In this document: one piece after another, positions 15,055-22,086 of the stretch
Layout: each line of letters opens with the position of its first letter
Position numbering within the stretch: position 1 is the stretch's first letter
Source: Mycobacteriales bacterium
GTDB taxonomy: Bacteria; Actinomycetota; Actinomycetes; Mycobacteriales; Jatrophihabitantaceae
Length of the DNA: 24,000 nt
Direction of reading: 5' to 3'
NCBI GenBank assembly: GCA_038212215.1
Contig: JBBQUT010000008.1
Location: forward strand, 82,854 to 106,853
Notes under the pieces: model-generated
Seen by the model: the letters and a program-made list of their open reading frames with translations, nothing else
What the model was told of the DNA's origin: nothing
Database searches by the model: none
Made by a program: the position numbers and the translations under genes

Positions 15055-17369
15055 GCGGTCCTCCTTGGGTCGTTATCGGTCGGGGTGATGCGTGCCGCGA
15101 CGGCCAATTGGCCGAGGGCGAGGCCCGCGTCGCTGGGCGGCACAAGTCGATGCCGCAACACCTGGAATCCCACCGCTGCCAGGCGATCCACGCACAACGT
15201 CGTGAGCACGGCGTTGAGGAACACACCGCCGGAGAGCGCGACGCGACTCAGCCCGGTGCGGTTGCGCACCGCCTGGGCCTGCGCGAGAACGAGGTCGGCG
15301 ACCGCGTGGTGGAAGCGTGCAGCGACAACGTCCTCGGCTACTCCGGCGAGGACGTCCGCAGCCGCCGACGCGATGACCGGTGCTGCATCAAAATTCTCCG
15401 AGAAAGACCTGTCGCCGAAGGAGTACGGCCGCCCGCACCGGTCGAGCGCGCCACGGGCCACTTCTTCGAAACGCATCGCAGCCTCCGCCTCGTAGTCGCA
15501 GCGGTGACACACGCCGGTCAGCGAGGACATCGCGTCGAACAGCCGGCCCATGCTCGAAGTCGGCGTGCAACCGAAGCCGGTATCGAGTTGCCGGGCCAGC
15601 ACGCGGCGTTCGACTGCCGACCCTGCGGCGACGCACGGCAACCGCTCATCCCACACGACACCGGCCGCCCGCAGGTGCGACAGCGCCATGCGCCAGGGGT
15701 TACGCACCCCCGCATCACCGCCGGGAAGGGCGACGTAGCCGAGATGGGCCACCCGCTGGTACCCGTCGTAGTCGGCGAGCAGCACCTCGCCACCCCATAC
15801 GGCCCCATCGTCGCCGTAACCGGTGCCGTCGAAAGCGAATCCGATCACCCGTGACGATCCGTCGAACCCGTTCTCGGCCAGCGCGGCGGCGATGTGCGCA
15901 TGGTGGTGCTGCACCGTTCGCAGTGGCAGCCCGCACGAGCGGGCCCAAGCGCTGCTGCGGAACGCTGGGTGGCGGTCGGCGACGACGACTTCGGGACGGA
16001 CCTGCGTCAGCGCCGCCAGATGCGTGGTCGCGGTCTCGAACGCCGCCAGAGTGGCGAGATCGTCCATGTCGCCGATGTGCGCGGACATCCAGGCGTAGCG
16101 GCCTTCACCCATGCAGAACGTGTTCTTCAGGTCGCCGCCGACCGCGAGTGCGGGCCGCACGGGTATGGGCATCGCAATCGGCATCGGCGCATATCCACGG
16201 GAGCGGCGCACCGGCAACGGCGCTTCGCCGGCCGGTCGCACGATCGAGTCGTCGCACGGCACGTGGATCGGGCGGTCGTGGCCGAGCCAAGCGTCCGCAA
16301 GCGGGGCCAACCTGGTGCGCGCTTCAGCATCGTCAATGACGATCGGCTCACCCGAGACGTTCCCGCTGGTCATCACCAGCACGCGTGGGCCCGGTGGATC
16401 CCCCGCGAGCCCGAACAGCAGCTGATGAACTGGGGTGTAGGCCAGCATGACACCGAGATCGGGATGCGCTGGGGCGACCGCTTCGGCCACGACGACGGGG
16501 TGGCGTTTGGGTAGCAGCACGACGGGCCGACGCGGGTCGTTGAGCTGCGCGCGTGCCTCCTCGGACACCAGCACGATCGACTGCGCGCAAGCCAGATCAG
16601 CGACCATCACGGCAAATGGCTTGTCGCCGCGGTCTTTGCGTTTGCGCAGCGACGACACGGCGGCGCCGTTCGTCGCGTCGCAGGCCAGGTGATAGCCGCC
16701 CAGGCCCTTTACTGCGACGACGGCACCTGCCGACAGCGCACGGCGGGTCTCGGCCATCGCAACCCCACCGTGGACGTCGGCTGCGCCGGGACGGTACAGG
16801 GTCAGGGTCGGCCCGCACTGCGGGCAGGCGACGGTCTGGGCGTGGAAGCGGCGGTCCGCGGGGTCGGCATACTCGCTCTCGCAGCGTTCGCACAACGGGA
16901 GATCTGCCATCGTGGTGGCCGGTCGGTCGTAGGGCAACGCACGCACGATGGTGAAGCGGGGCCCGCAATTGGTGCAACTGATGAACGGGTGGCGGTAGCG
17001 ACGGTCGTCGGGGTCCGCGAGTTCGGCAAGGCAATCGGCGCAGGTCGCGATGTCTGGTGACACCAGCGTTCGCCCGCTGCCGCCTTGCGATCCGGCGATG
17101 CTGAAGCCGGTGCCCCCGGCGCAGGCGATCACCTCATTCGTCGTGCGTTCCACCCGAGCGAGCGGTGGCGCGTCGGCGCACACGCGCGCGCCGAATTCCG
17201 CGAGCGCGACCGTGTCACCCTCGACCTCGATCGTGACCCCGGCGGCGGTATTGCCGACGGAACCGCTGAGTCCGAGTTCGCAGGCCAGGGCGTAGACGAA
17301 GGGGCGAAAGCCAACGCCCTGGACGACACCTTCCACCTGGACGCGAAGGCGCGCGCGCGTGCTGTTCAT
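15045..17369 (-). CDS. hypF: Carbamoyltransferase HypF (774 aa)
   Basis: The acylphosphatase-like N-terminus is VEGVVQGVGFRPFVY. There are two zinc-finger pairs, CADCLAEL...CTNCGPRFT and CERCESEY...CPQCGP. A YrdC-like domain (VAVKGLGGYHLACDA) and a Kae1-like C-terminal domain follow. Confidence 0.95.
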   Translation of the reverse strand: MNSTRARLRVQVEGVVQGVGFRPFVYALACELGLSGSVGNTAAGVTIEVEGDTVALAEFGARVCADAPPLARVERTTNEVIACAGGTGFSIAGSQGGSGRTLVSPDIATCADCLAELADPDDRRYRHPFISCTNCGPRFTIVRALPYDRPATTMADLPLCERCESEYADPADRRFHAQTVACPQCGPTLTLYRPGAADVHGGVAMAETRRALSAGAVVAVKGLGGYHLACDATNGAAVSSLRKRKDRGDKPFAVMVADLACAQSIVLVSEEARAQLNDPRRPVVLLPKRHPVVVAEAVAPAHPDLGVMLAYTPVHQLLFGLAGDPPGPRVLVMTSGNVSGEPIVIDDAEARTRLAPLADAWLGHDRPIHVPCDDSIVRPAGEAPLPVRRSRGYAPMPIAMPIPVRPALAVGGDLKNTFCMGEGRYAWMSAHIGDMDDLATLAAFETATTHLAALTQVRPEVVVADRHPAFRSSAWARSCGLPLRTVQHHHAHIAAALAENGFDGSSRVIGFAFDGTGYGDDGAVWGGEVLLADYDGYQRVAHLGYVALPGGDAGVRNPWRMALSHLRAAGVVWDERLPCVAAGSAVERRVLARQLDTGFGCTPTSSMGRLFDAMSSLTGVCHRCDYEAEAAMRFEEVARGALDRCGRPYSFGDRSFSENFDAAPVIASAAADVLAGVAEDVVAARFHHAVADLVLAQAQAVRNRTGLSRVALSGGVFLNAVLTTLCVDRLAAVGFQVLRHRLVPPSDAGLALGQLAVAARITPTDNDPRRTACA

Positions 17370-18121
17370 TGCGCCTGCTCGATGAGCACGGCGTTGGTGC
17401 GCGCCAGCTGCTCGGCACTGCGCGACTCAAGTTGCGCAAGCTGATCGGGGGTCAGGATGTCGCACACCCAGTCCCAGTGCATCGCGACGTGCGCACCGAC
17501 GGTGAGCGTGGCTCGGTCCTCGCCCAGCAAAGACACACTGCCGACTGACCACGCAGCATTCTGCTCGACCGGTTCGTCCAGAGCGAGCAGCCCGTCGCGC
17601 AGGACGAGCGGACGCGACCGGACGCGCACCCGCGTGCCTTCGACAGCGACAATCTGTCCCCACCTGATTCGGCACTGCTGCAGGATCGACACAGCTACAG
17701 CGACGTTGATTCCCTTGCGCAGCAGGCCGACCCATGGATAGACGACGAAGACCTGGAAGCTATGGTGCGCACTTCCGGGGCTCCAACTGGCACCGGGTTG
17801 GCCGGCGAAGCGCGCTTGCAATGTGGTCATCACGTCGCGGGGGGCGACGGCGTCGAGCAGGTCGTTGCCGATCCAGTACGCCTCCACCACCCGCGCGTCG
17901 AGCGGGTCGGCGATCCCGGTGCGGGCGGCGATGAGTTGAAGATAGGCCCAGGCGCCGTCGAAGTGGCGCGCGTGGTCGGCGATCTGCTCGTCGCCACGTA
18001 GTAGGAGCGAGGTGTCTCTCGGGCCGCAGTAGCCGAGTTCGTTGGGCGGATAGGCGTAGCGCGCGAACAGGCTCGCTCCCGTTATGGCTGTTCGGGCGCC
18101 GGCCAACTCGGTAGCGCTCAC
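17366..18121 (-). CDS. Conserved hydrogenase-cluster protein of unknown function (251 aa; I believe DUF6390-like, unverified) with a HypC-like C-terminal segment
   Basis: I shortened the start to GTG 18121 (VSATELAG), which forms GTGA with the upstream hypC-paralog stop. The 3' end forms ATGA with the hypF start. The N-terminus has ARYAYPPNELGYCGP. For the C-terminus see the finding on HypC-like similarity. Confidence 0.75.
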   Translation of the reverse strand: MSATELAGARTAITGASLFARYAYPPNELGYCGPRDTSLLLRGDEQIADHARHFDGAWAYLQLIAARTGIADPLDARVVEAYWIGNDLLDAVAPRDVMTTLQARFAGQPGASWSPGSAHHSFQVFVVYPWVGLLRKGINVAVAVSILQQCRIRWGQIVAVEGTRVRVRSRPLVLRDGLLALDEPVEQNAAWSVGSVSLLGEDRATLTVGAHVAMHWDWVCDILTPDQLAQLESRSAEQLARTNAVLIEQAQ

Positions 18122-18366
18122 TCCCTCGGCCGACCCATCATCTCCAGGCCGCTCAGCGCCGCTTCGGCCGCAGCCTCGTCGACGCATTCGACGACAAAGC
18201 CCATATGGATGATCACCCAGTCACCGGGTTTCAACGTCACCTGGTCCGCCTCGTCGAGCATCCCGATATTCACCCGACGCTGCGCACCGAGGACGTCCAC
18301 GAGCATCAGCTGATCGCCATAACCTTCGACTCGCGACAGCACGCGGCCGGGAATACCGAGACACAT
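18118..18366 (-). CDS. hypC: Second HypC/HupF-family chaperone paralog (82 aa)
   Basis: The sequence contains MCLGIPGRVLSRVEG...GDWVIIHMGFVVECVDEAAA. I shortened the start to ATG 18366, which is preceded by GGGGAGGG and lies 1 nt after the protease stop. Confidence 0.88.
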   Translation of the reverse strand: MCLGIPGRVLSRVEGYGDQLMLVDVLGAQRRVNIGMLDEADQVTLKPGDWVIIHMGFVVECVDEAAAEAALSGLEMMGRPRE

Positions 18367-18367
18367 C

Positions 18368-18946
18368 TCACCCTCCCCTCTGGAACCCAAGCTGCGCGGG
18401 CGGGTCGAGCCGGCCCGATCCCAAGGCACAGACCAGATTGTTGACCGCGGCGACCGCCTCGTCCACCGCGTCGTTCACCGGATCGCTCAGGCCGATGCCC
18501 TCGTCGAGGTCGGCGGGCACGCAGCCCACCAGATAGGTCGGGGGCAGCGTAGCCCCCATCGAGCCGAGGCTCGCCAGCACGGCGACCGGTGACATCGCGT
18601 GTGCGTCGAAGTCCGCGGCACCGATGTCGTCGGGCCCGACGGCCATCAGGGTAACCGTCCCGGGTGGAGCACCGGCCGGTCCATCGGGAGGTACCGCGTC
18701 CACTAGGACGAGCACGTCGACACCCTCCAGCAGGTCATAGGTCAGATACATCCCACGGATGCCGTAGTCGACGACGCGGACGTCCGCGGGTAGCGGCTCG
18801 GCCCGGGCACGCGACAGTAAAGCGGTCGCCACAGCCGGTCCGAATCCGTCGTCACCGAAGAAGATGTTTCCGATGCCGGCGACCAGAACGCGAACCCCCT
18901 GCTCAGACGTGATCTTCACCCCGGGTCGTGGTGTCGTTTGGTACAA
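18368..18946 (-). CDS. hupD: [NiFe]-hydrogenase maturation endopeptidase (HupD/HyaD/HybD family)
   Basis: VRVLVAGIGNIFFGDDGFGPAV matches the GxGNxxxxDDGxG motif. The sequence also has VVDYGIRGMYL, VLVDAV and DAHAMSP. The start is ambiguous: TTG 18946 as listed, or GTG 18919. Confidence 0.88.
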   Translation of the reverse strand: MYQTTPRPGVKITSEQGVRVLVAGIGNIFFGDDGFGPAVATALLSRARAEPLPADVRVVDYGIRGMYLTYDLLEGVDVLVLVDAVPPDGPAGAPPGTVTLMAVGPDDIGAADFDAHAMSPVAVLASLGSMGATLPPTYLVGCVPADLDEGIGLSDPVNDAVDEAVAAVNNLVCALGSGRLDPPAQLGFQRGG

Positions 18947-19001
18947 ACATCGTCGATCTCCTCCCTGGCGCTGCGACGGACTAGTGGCTTTCGCTCGGAC
19001 A

Positions 19002-19202
19002 TCACGGTGACTGCAGGTTCGGCGCTTCGGCGCCAGAGGATTGCGGGTCTACCGAGGTGTCGGACCGCTCGTCCGACCCGCCCGCCGGCCGGTCGACCGG
19101 ACCCCCGGAGGGGCCATCCGATCCGGTGTCACGCGAGCCGGGGGCACCGCGCTCGGCTTGCGATTCCTCGTCGAGATTCGTTCCTGCTACGGCGTCAGGC
19201 AT
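19002..19202 (-). CDS. Small acidic, Gly/Ser/Pro/Asp-rich, probably disordered protein (66 aa), unknown function
   Basis: ATG 19202 is preceded by a strong SD (TAGGAGGAGCT-ATG). The sequence has 13 D/E against 4 R/K and no Cys. My hand count gives GC3 of ~74%, lower than my impression of the neighbouring genes but still coding-like. It sits between co-oriented operon genes. Confidence 0.5.
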   Translation of the reverse strand: MPDAVAGTNLDEESQAERGAPGSRDTGSDGPSGGPVDRPAGGSDERSDTSVDPQSSGAEAPNLQSP

Positions 19203-19210
19203 AGCTCCTC

Positions 19211-19315
19211 CTACATGCTTCGCATCTTCAGGTACCGCTTGATGTCAGGCAGTGAACGCACGCCCATCACCAGCGCACCAGCGGCGAACGCGGCAATCGC
19301 AACCGTCGCCAGCAT
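19211..19315 (-). CDS. 34-aa single-TM micro-protein, unknown function
   Basis: MLATVAIAAFAAGALVMGVRSLPDIKRYLKMRSM has one hydrophobic helix and a basic amphipathic tail. ATG 19315 lies 11 nt after the upstream stop and is preceded by GTAGGA. The ORF-track N-terminal extension overlaps the upstream gene. Confidence 0.5.
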   Translation of the reverse strand: MLATVAIAAFAAGALVMGVRSLPDIKRYLKMRSM

Positions 19316-19326
19316 TCCTACAGCTC

Positions 19327-20751
19327 TCACGATCGACTCTCCTCTCGGTTGTCGGACTGCACCGGAACATGCGGCGCAAGCTCGTCGGGGGCGAAGTAGA
19401 GGTAGCGGCCGTACCACTCGTGCAGATCCGCGGCCGGATCGTCGATCAGCACGACCGCGACGTGTGTTTCACCGTCGACATCGAAATGGACGCCCGCGAC
19501 CTTCGCGACGCGCCCCGCGAAGAACAGATCCTGCGCGTCGGCGCGTCGGGACGGGTGCACCGTCACCATGCTGCCCGCCGATACCGCGATACCGCCGATG
19601 AGCACCTCGTCCGTGCCCGGCGAAACGCTTTCGTCGGCAGAAGGATCCCACCAAGGCACCGCGCCGCCGAAATCAGTGCTGCCGAAGTCCGAGTCGTCGA
19701 AGCCGGATGAAGCATCGACGACGCTCTCGATCGCGTGCGGGTCGCGGAGAATGCCGTGCAGTTGCTGCATGTCCTGCGCCGACATCGCATCACAGCGATC
19801 GATGATCTGCGCCGCCATCGGATCGGTAGCGCGCGCCGCAGCCTTCTCTGCATCGGTCAGGGTCATGACTCGCAGCGTCAAAATCTCGTCGATCTCGGTG
19901 CTGTCGAACAATGCACCTGCGCTCTGCTCCGCAATCTCGGGGTGATCGTAGAGAATGATCGGTGACACCAGCATCAGCGAGTTGTCACCGGGCGGTCCAG
20001 CAAGCACCGGCCAGCAACGATGCTGCTTACACTCTCGCGCTGCATTCGCGTCGGGTGGATCTGTCATGGATAGGGCTTCGGCGTGCTCGAGTGATACCAA
20101 CAGATGGGCGCCGATGAACGACGCAGAGATCGCCGTCTCGCGGTCGCTCACGGCTGAAATGTCGGCAACGTTGGCGACGTTTGCGATACTCACCGAGAGC
20201 CGGAGCACATCGCCGATGCTCGTCATGTGGACCTGCAGTTCACCACGCAATTCGCGGCGGGTGCGTACCAGCCGACCGGCGAGCGCGCCGCCGTCGTCCC
20301 GGATCTCGTCGATGTCCTCGCCCGCAGGTACATGCAGGGCAACGCATCGAGGGTCCCCGAGCTGCTCGAGACGCCACGGCCCGACCGTGATCTCTCGTTC
20401 GCGTGCTTCGTCCCAACTCAGCCATCGCTGTTCGCCGACGATGAGTTCGGGCACGAACTCGAATTCACCGGTGCGCCCGCAACGCTGCGCCGCGCGCCGC
20501 TGCAACTGTAGAAAGCGCAGGTGCACGGTCACCGTGGCGTCGGCGAGGACGGGCGCGTGGAGCAAGAATTGGGATTCGAGCGTGGCGTCCTCGCCGTGCC
20601 CGGACTCCATCGCGCCGACGGGTCCCAGCACGCCGAACTGCCAGCGGGACTGGTTCTTGGCGGAACTGGCGCGATATGGGTAGAGCAGGTAACCCTCGTA
20701 CAGTACGGCGTCAGCAACGGTGCGCGCGTAACCCAGGCTGTCGGCGCTCAT
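19327..20751 (-). CDS. Conserved hydrogenase-cluster protein of unknown function (474 aa)
   Basis: I shortened the start to ATG 20751 (MSADSLGY...), which forms ATGA with the upstream stop. The ORF-track start at 21150 would overlap the upstream gene by 400 nt in another frame. The N-terminal motif is VLYEGYLLYPYRASSAKNQSRWQFGVLGP. I recognise no catalytic domain. Confidence 0.8.
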   Translation of the reverse strand: MSADSLGYARTVADAVLYEGYLLYPYRASSAKNQSRWQFGVLGPVGAMESGHGEDATLESQFLLHAPVLADATVTVHLRFLQLQRRAAQRCGRTGEFEFVPELIVGEQRWLSWDEAREREITVGPWRLEQLGDPRCVALHVPAGEDIDEIRDDGGALAGRLVRTRRELRGELQVHMTSIGDVLRLSVSIANVANVADISAVSDRETAISASFIGAHLLVSLEHAEALSMTDPPDANAARECKQHRCWPVLAGPPGDNSLMLVSPIILYDHPEIAEQSAGALFDSTEIDEILTLRVMTLTDAEKAAARATDPMAAQIIDRCDAMSAQDMQQLHGILRDPHAIESVVDASSGFDDSDFGSTDFGGAVPWWDPSADESVSPGTDEVLIGGIAVSAGSMVTVHPSRRADAQDLFFAGRVAKVAGVHFDVDGETHVAVVLIDDPAADLHEWYGRYLYFAPDELAPHVPVQSDNREESRS

Positions 20752-21389
20752 GAGCGACTCCGCTGATGGCCGCTGAGCAGGTCGCGCATCGTGTCGTCCC
20801 ACGAGGTGTCCCCGCGTGCGGCCTTGTGCCGTACCAGCGACTCGATGACGCCACGGTCCAGGCGCAGCCAGCCGGTGCCCGGGTAGTAGCTCTCGATCAT
20901 GTCGCGCCAGACGCTGATCGGCAGGTCGTAGCGGGCCTCGCGATCCCACGGCACCTGCTCGACGCCGAAGCCGCGCTCGCCGCGAGTGAAGATCGTCCCG
21001 GAGAACAGCAGGACCACGGACACCGCACCGTCGTGCAGCGCATGCAGATACTTGGACGCCGTGACGTCGAAGTCGTACGTGCACGGCAACGGCAGATCGA
21101 CCTCGGTACGGCCAGAGAAACCCTGCACCATCGTGCTTGTCTGCATCCACAGGAACGGCTTCAGCGTGTCGTACCAGCGCTCCCGCGCGCCGAACATGTC
21201 GAGCAAACCGCGCGCTTCCTCAGCGGTGTACGCGCGCCGTTGCGGCTCGATGCGCACCTGCACGCGCAGCGCGATCGTGTGCACCGGCGTTGCGGTCGAC
21301 TCCTCGACGCGCAGCCGCGCAGTCAGTTGTGGCGCGACCGCGTACGGCTCAGGAAAGATGTCGGCAACGGCGAAGGACACGTCGGTCAT
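20748..21389 (-). CDS. Conserved hydrogenase-cluster protein of unknown function (213 aa; I believe DUF6084-like, unverified)
   Basis: This is a clean ORF with ATGA overlaps at both ends. I recognise no motif. The sequence begins MTDVSFAVADIFPEPYAVAPQLTARLRVEE... Confidence 0.8.
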   Translation of the reverse strand: MTDVSFAVADIFPEPYAVAPQLTARLRVEESTATPVHTIALRVQVRIEPQRRAYTAEEARGLLDMFGARERWYDTLKPFLWMQTSTMVQGFSGRTEVDLPLPCTYDFDVTASKYLHALHDGAVSVVLLFSGTIFTRGERGFGVEQVPWDREARYDLPISVWRDMIESYYPGTGWLRLDRGVIESLVRHKAARGDTSWDDTMRDLLSGHQRSRS

Positions 21390-22048
21390 CGGGTGCCCTC
21401 ACTCGCGGCCTGCGTTCGGCCGGCGACCGGCCGGCTGCGCGCGGTGACCTTCTCGAAGAACGACTCGATGTGCGCCCGCGCGTCCTGCCCGCCGTCGAAG
21501 CCTCGCCACAGCGAGCGCAACCGTCCGACGAGTTCGTAGCACGTGTCGATGGGGACGAGATGGCAGCTGAGCTGACCCGATCCGCGACCCGGCGTGCGCA
21601 CGAGCAGAGCTTCGACGTCGGGTAGGAGCGTGTCCAGTTCGGGATTGTCGGCGCACACCGTGCTCCATGCGTCCAGCGGCAGTTCGGATTCCGTCGCGCC
21701 CGCCGGGCCGGGATAAAAGGCGACCACCCGTCCGAGCGTCGAATTGTGGAAGAAGAACGCGAGCCCGACCGGGATTTCCAGCTCGTCCCATTGCCCTGGC
21801 CCCAGCTGGAAGTCCGGGAACGTGAGGTAGCGGTCCGGTACGGCGCGGTAGCGCAGTTCCGCACCGTCCGCCGTGAATAGCAGGTAGCACGGACGGCAGG
21901 TGCACATCAGCGACCGGTTGGTGCGGTCGACGACGTGTGAGTGCTCGTCGCCGACGGCGACGCCGCACATCTCGCAGACCTCGCCCGCCGGGGGCTGTGG
22001 CGGCCGCGCGGCGATACGACGCAGCACGAACAACGGCGTCGCGCTCAT
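21386..22048 (-). CDS. Conserved hydrogenase-cluster protein of unknown function with an N-terminal Cys/His metal-binding-like motif (220 aa; I believe DUF5947-like, unverified)
   Basis: The N-terminal motif is C25-E-M-C28 ... H36-S-H38 ... C49-T-C51-R-P-C54. The 3' end forms an ATGA overlap with the next gene. Confidence 0.8.
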   Translation of the reverse strand: MSATPLFVLRRIAARPPQPPAGEVCEMCGVAVGDEHSHVVDRTNRSLMCTCRPCYLLFTADGAELRYRAVPDRYLTFPDFQLGPGQWDELEIPVGLAFFFHNSTLGRVVAFYPGPAGATESELPLDAWSTVCADNPELDTLLPDVEALLVRTPGRGSGQLSCHLVPIDTCYELVGRLRSLWRGFDGGQDARAHIESFFEKVTARSRPVAGRTQAASEGTR

Positions 22049-22052
22049 GCCA

Positions 22053-22086
22053 ACGCCGCGCTCACGACAACGCCGCGCTCACGACA
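22053..22086. repeat. Perfect 17-bp tandem duplication (ACGCCGCGCTCACGACA x2) spanning the hhyE-like stop codon
   Basis: The copies lie at 22053-22069 and 22070-22086. The gene's TGA (22079-22081) lies in copy 2, and the equivalent TGA in copy 1 sits in the 30-nt intergenic gap before ATG 22048. Confidence 0.85.

Noticed and set aside
14643-15854. A 403-aa plus-strand ORF, plus 15380..16339 (319 aa).
   Set aside because: These are antisense to hypF, hypC and hypD, whose identities are unambiguous. Their Arg/Pro-rich composition is typical of GC-driven spurious ORFs.
20752-21150. N-terminal extensions in the ORF track: 19327..21150, 22079..23221, 9460..10296, 8961..9539, 5215..6048, 13652..14809, 17366..18187 and 18118..18429.
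   Set aside because: The extended parts overlap the upstream gene in another frame and lack family similarity. In each case an internal ATG or GTG gives an ATGA/GTGA junction or an SD-preceded start, together with the canonical family N-terminus.
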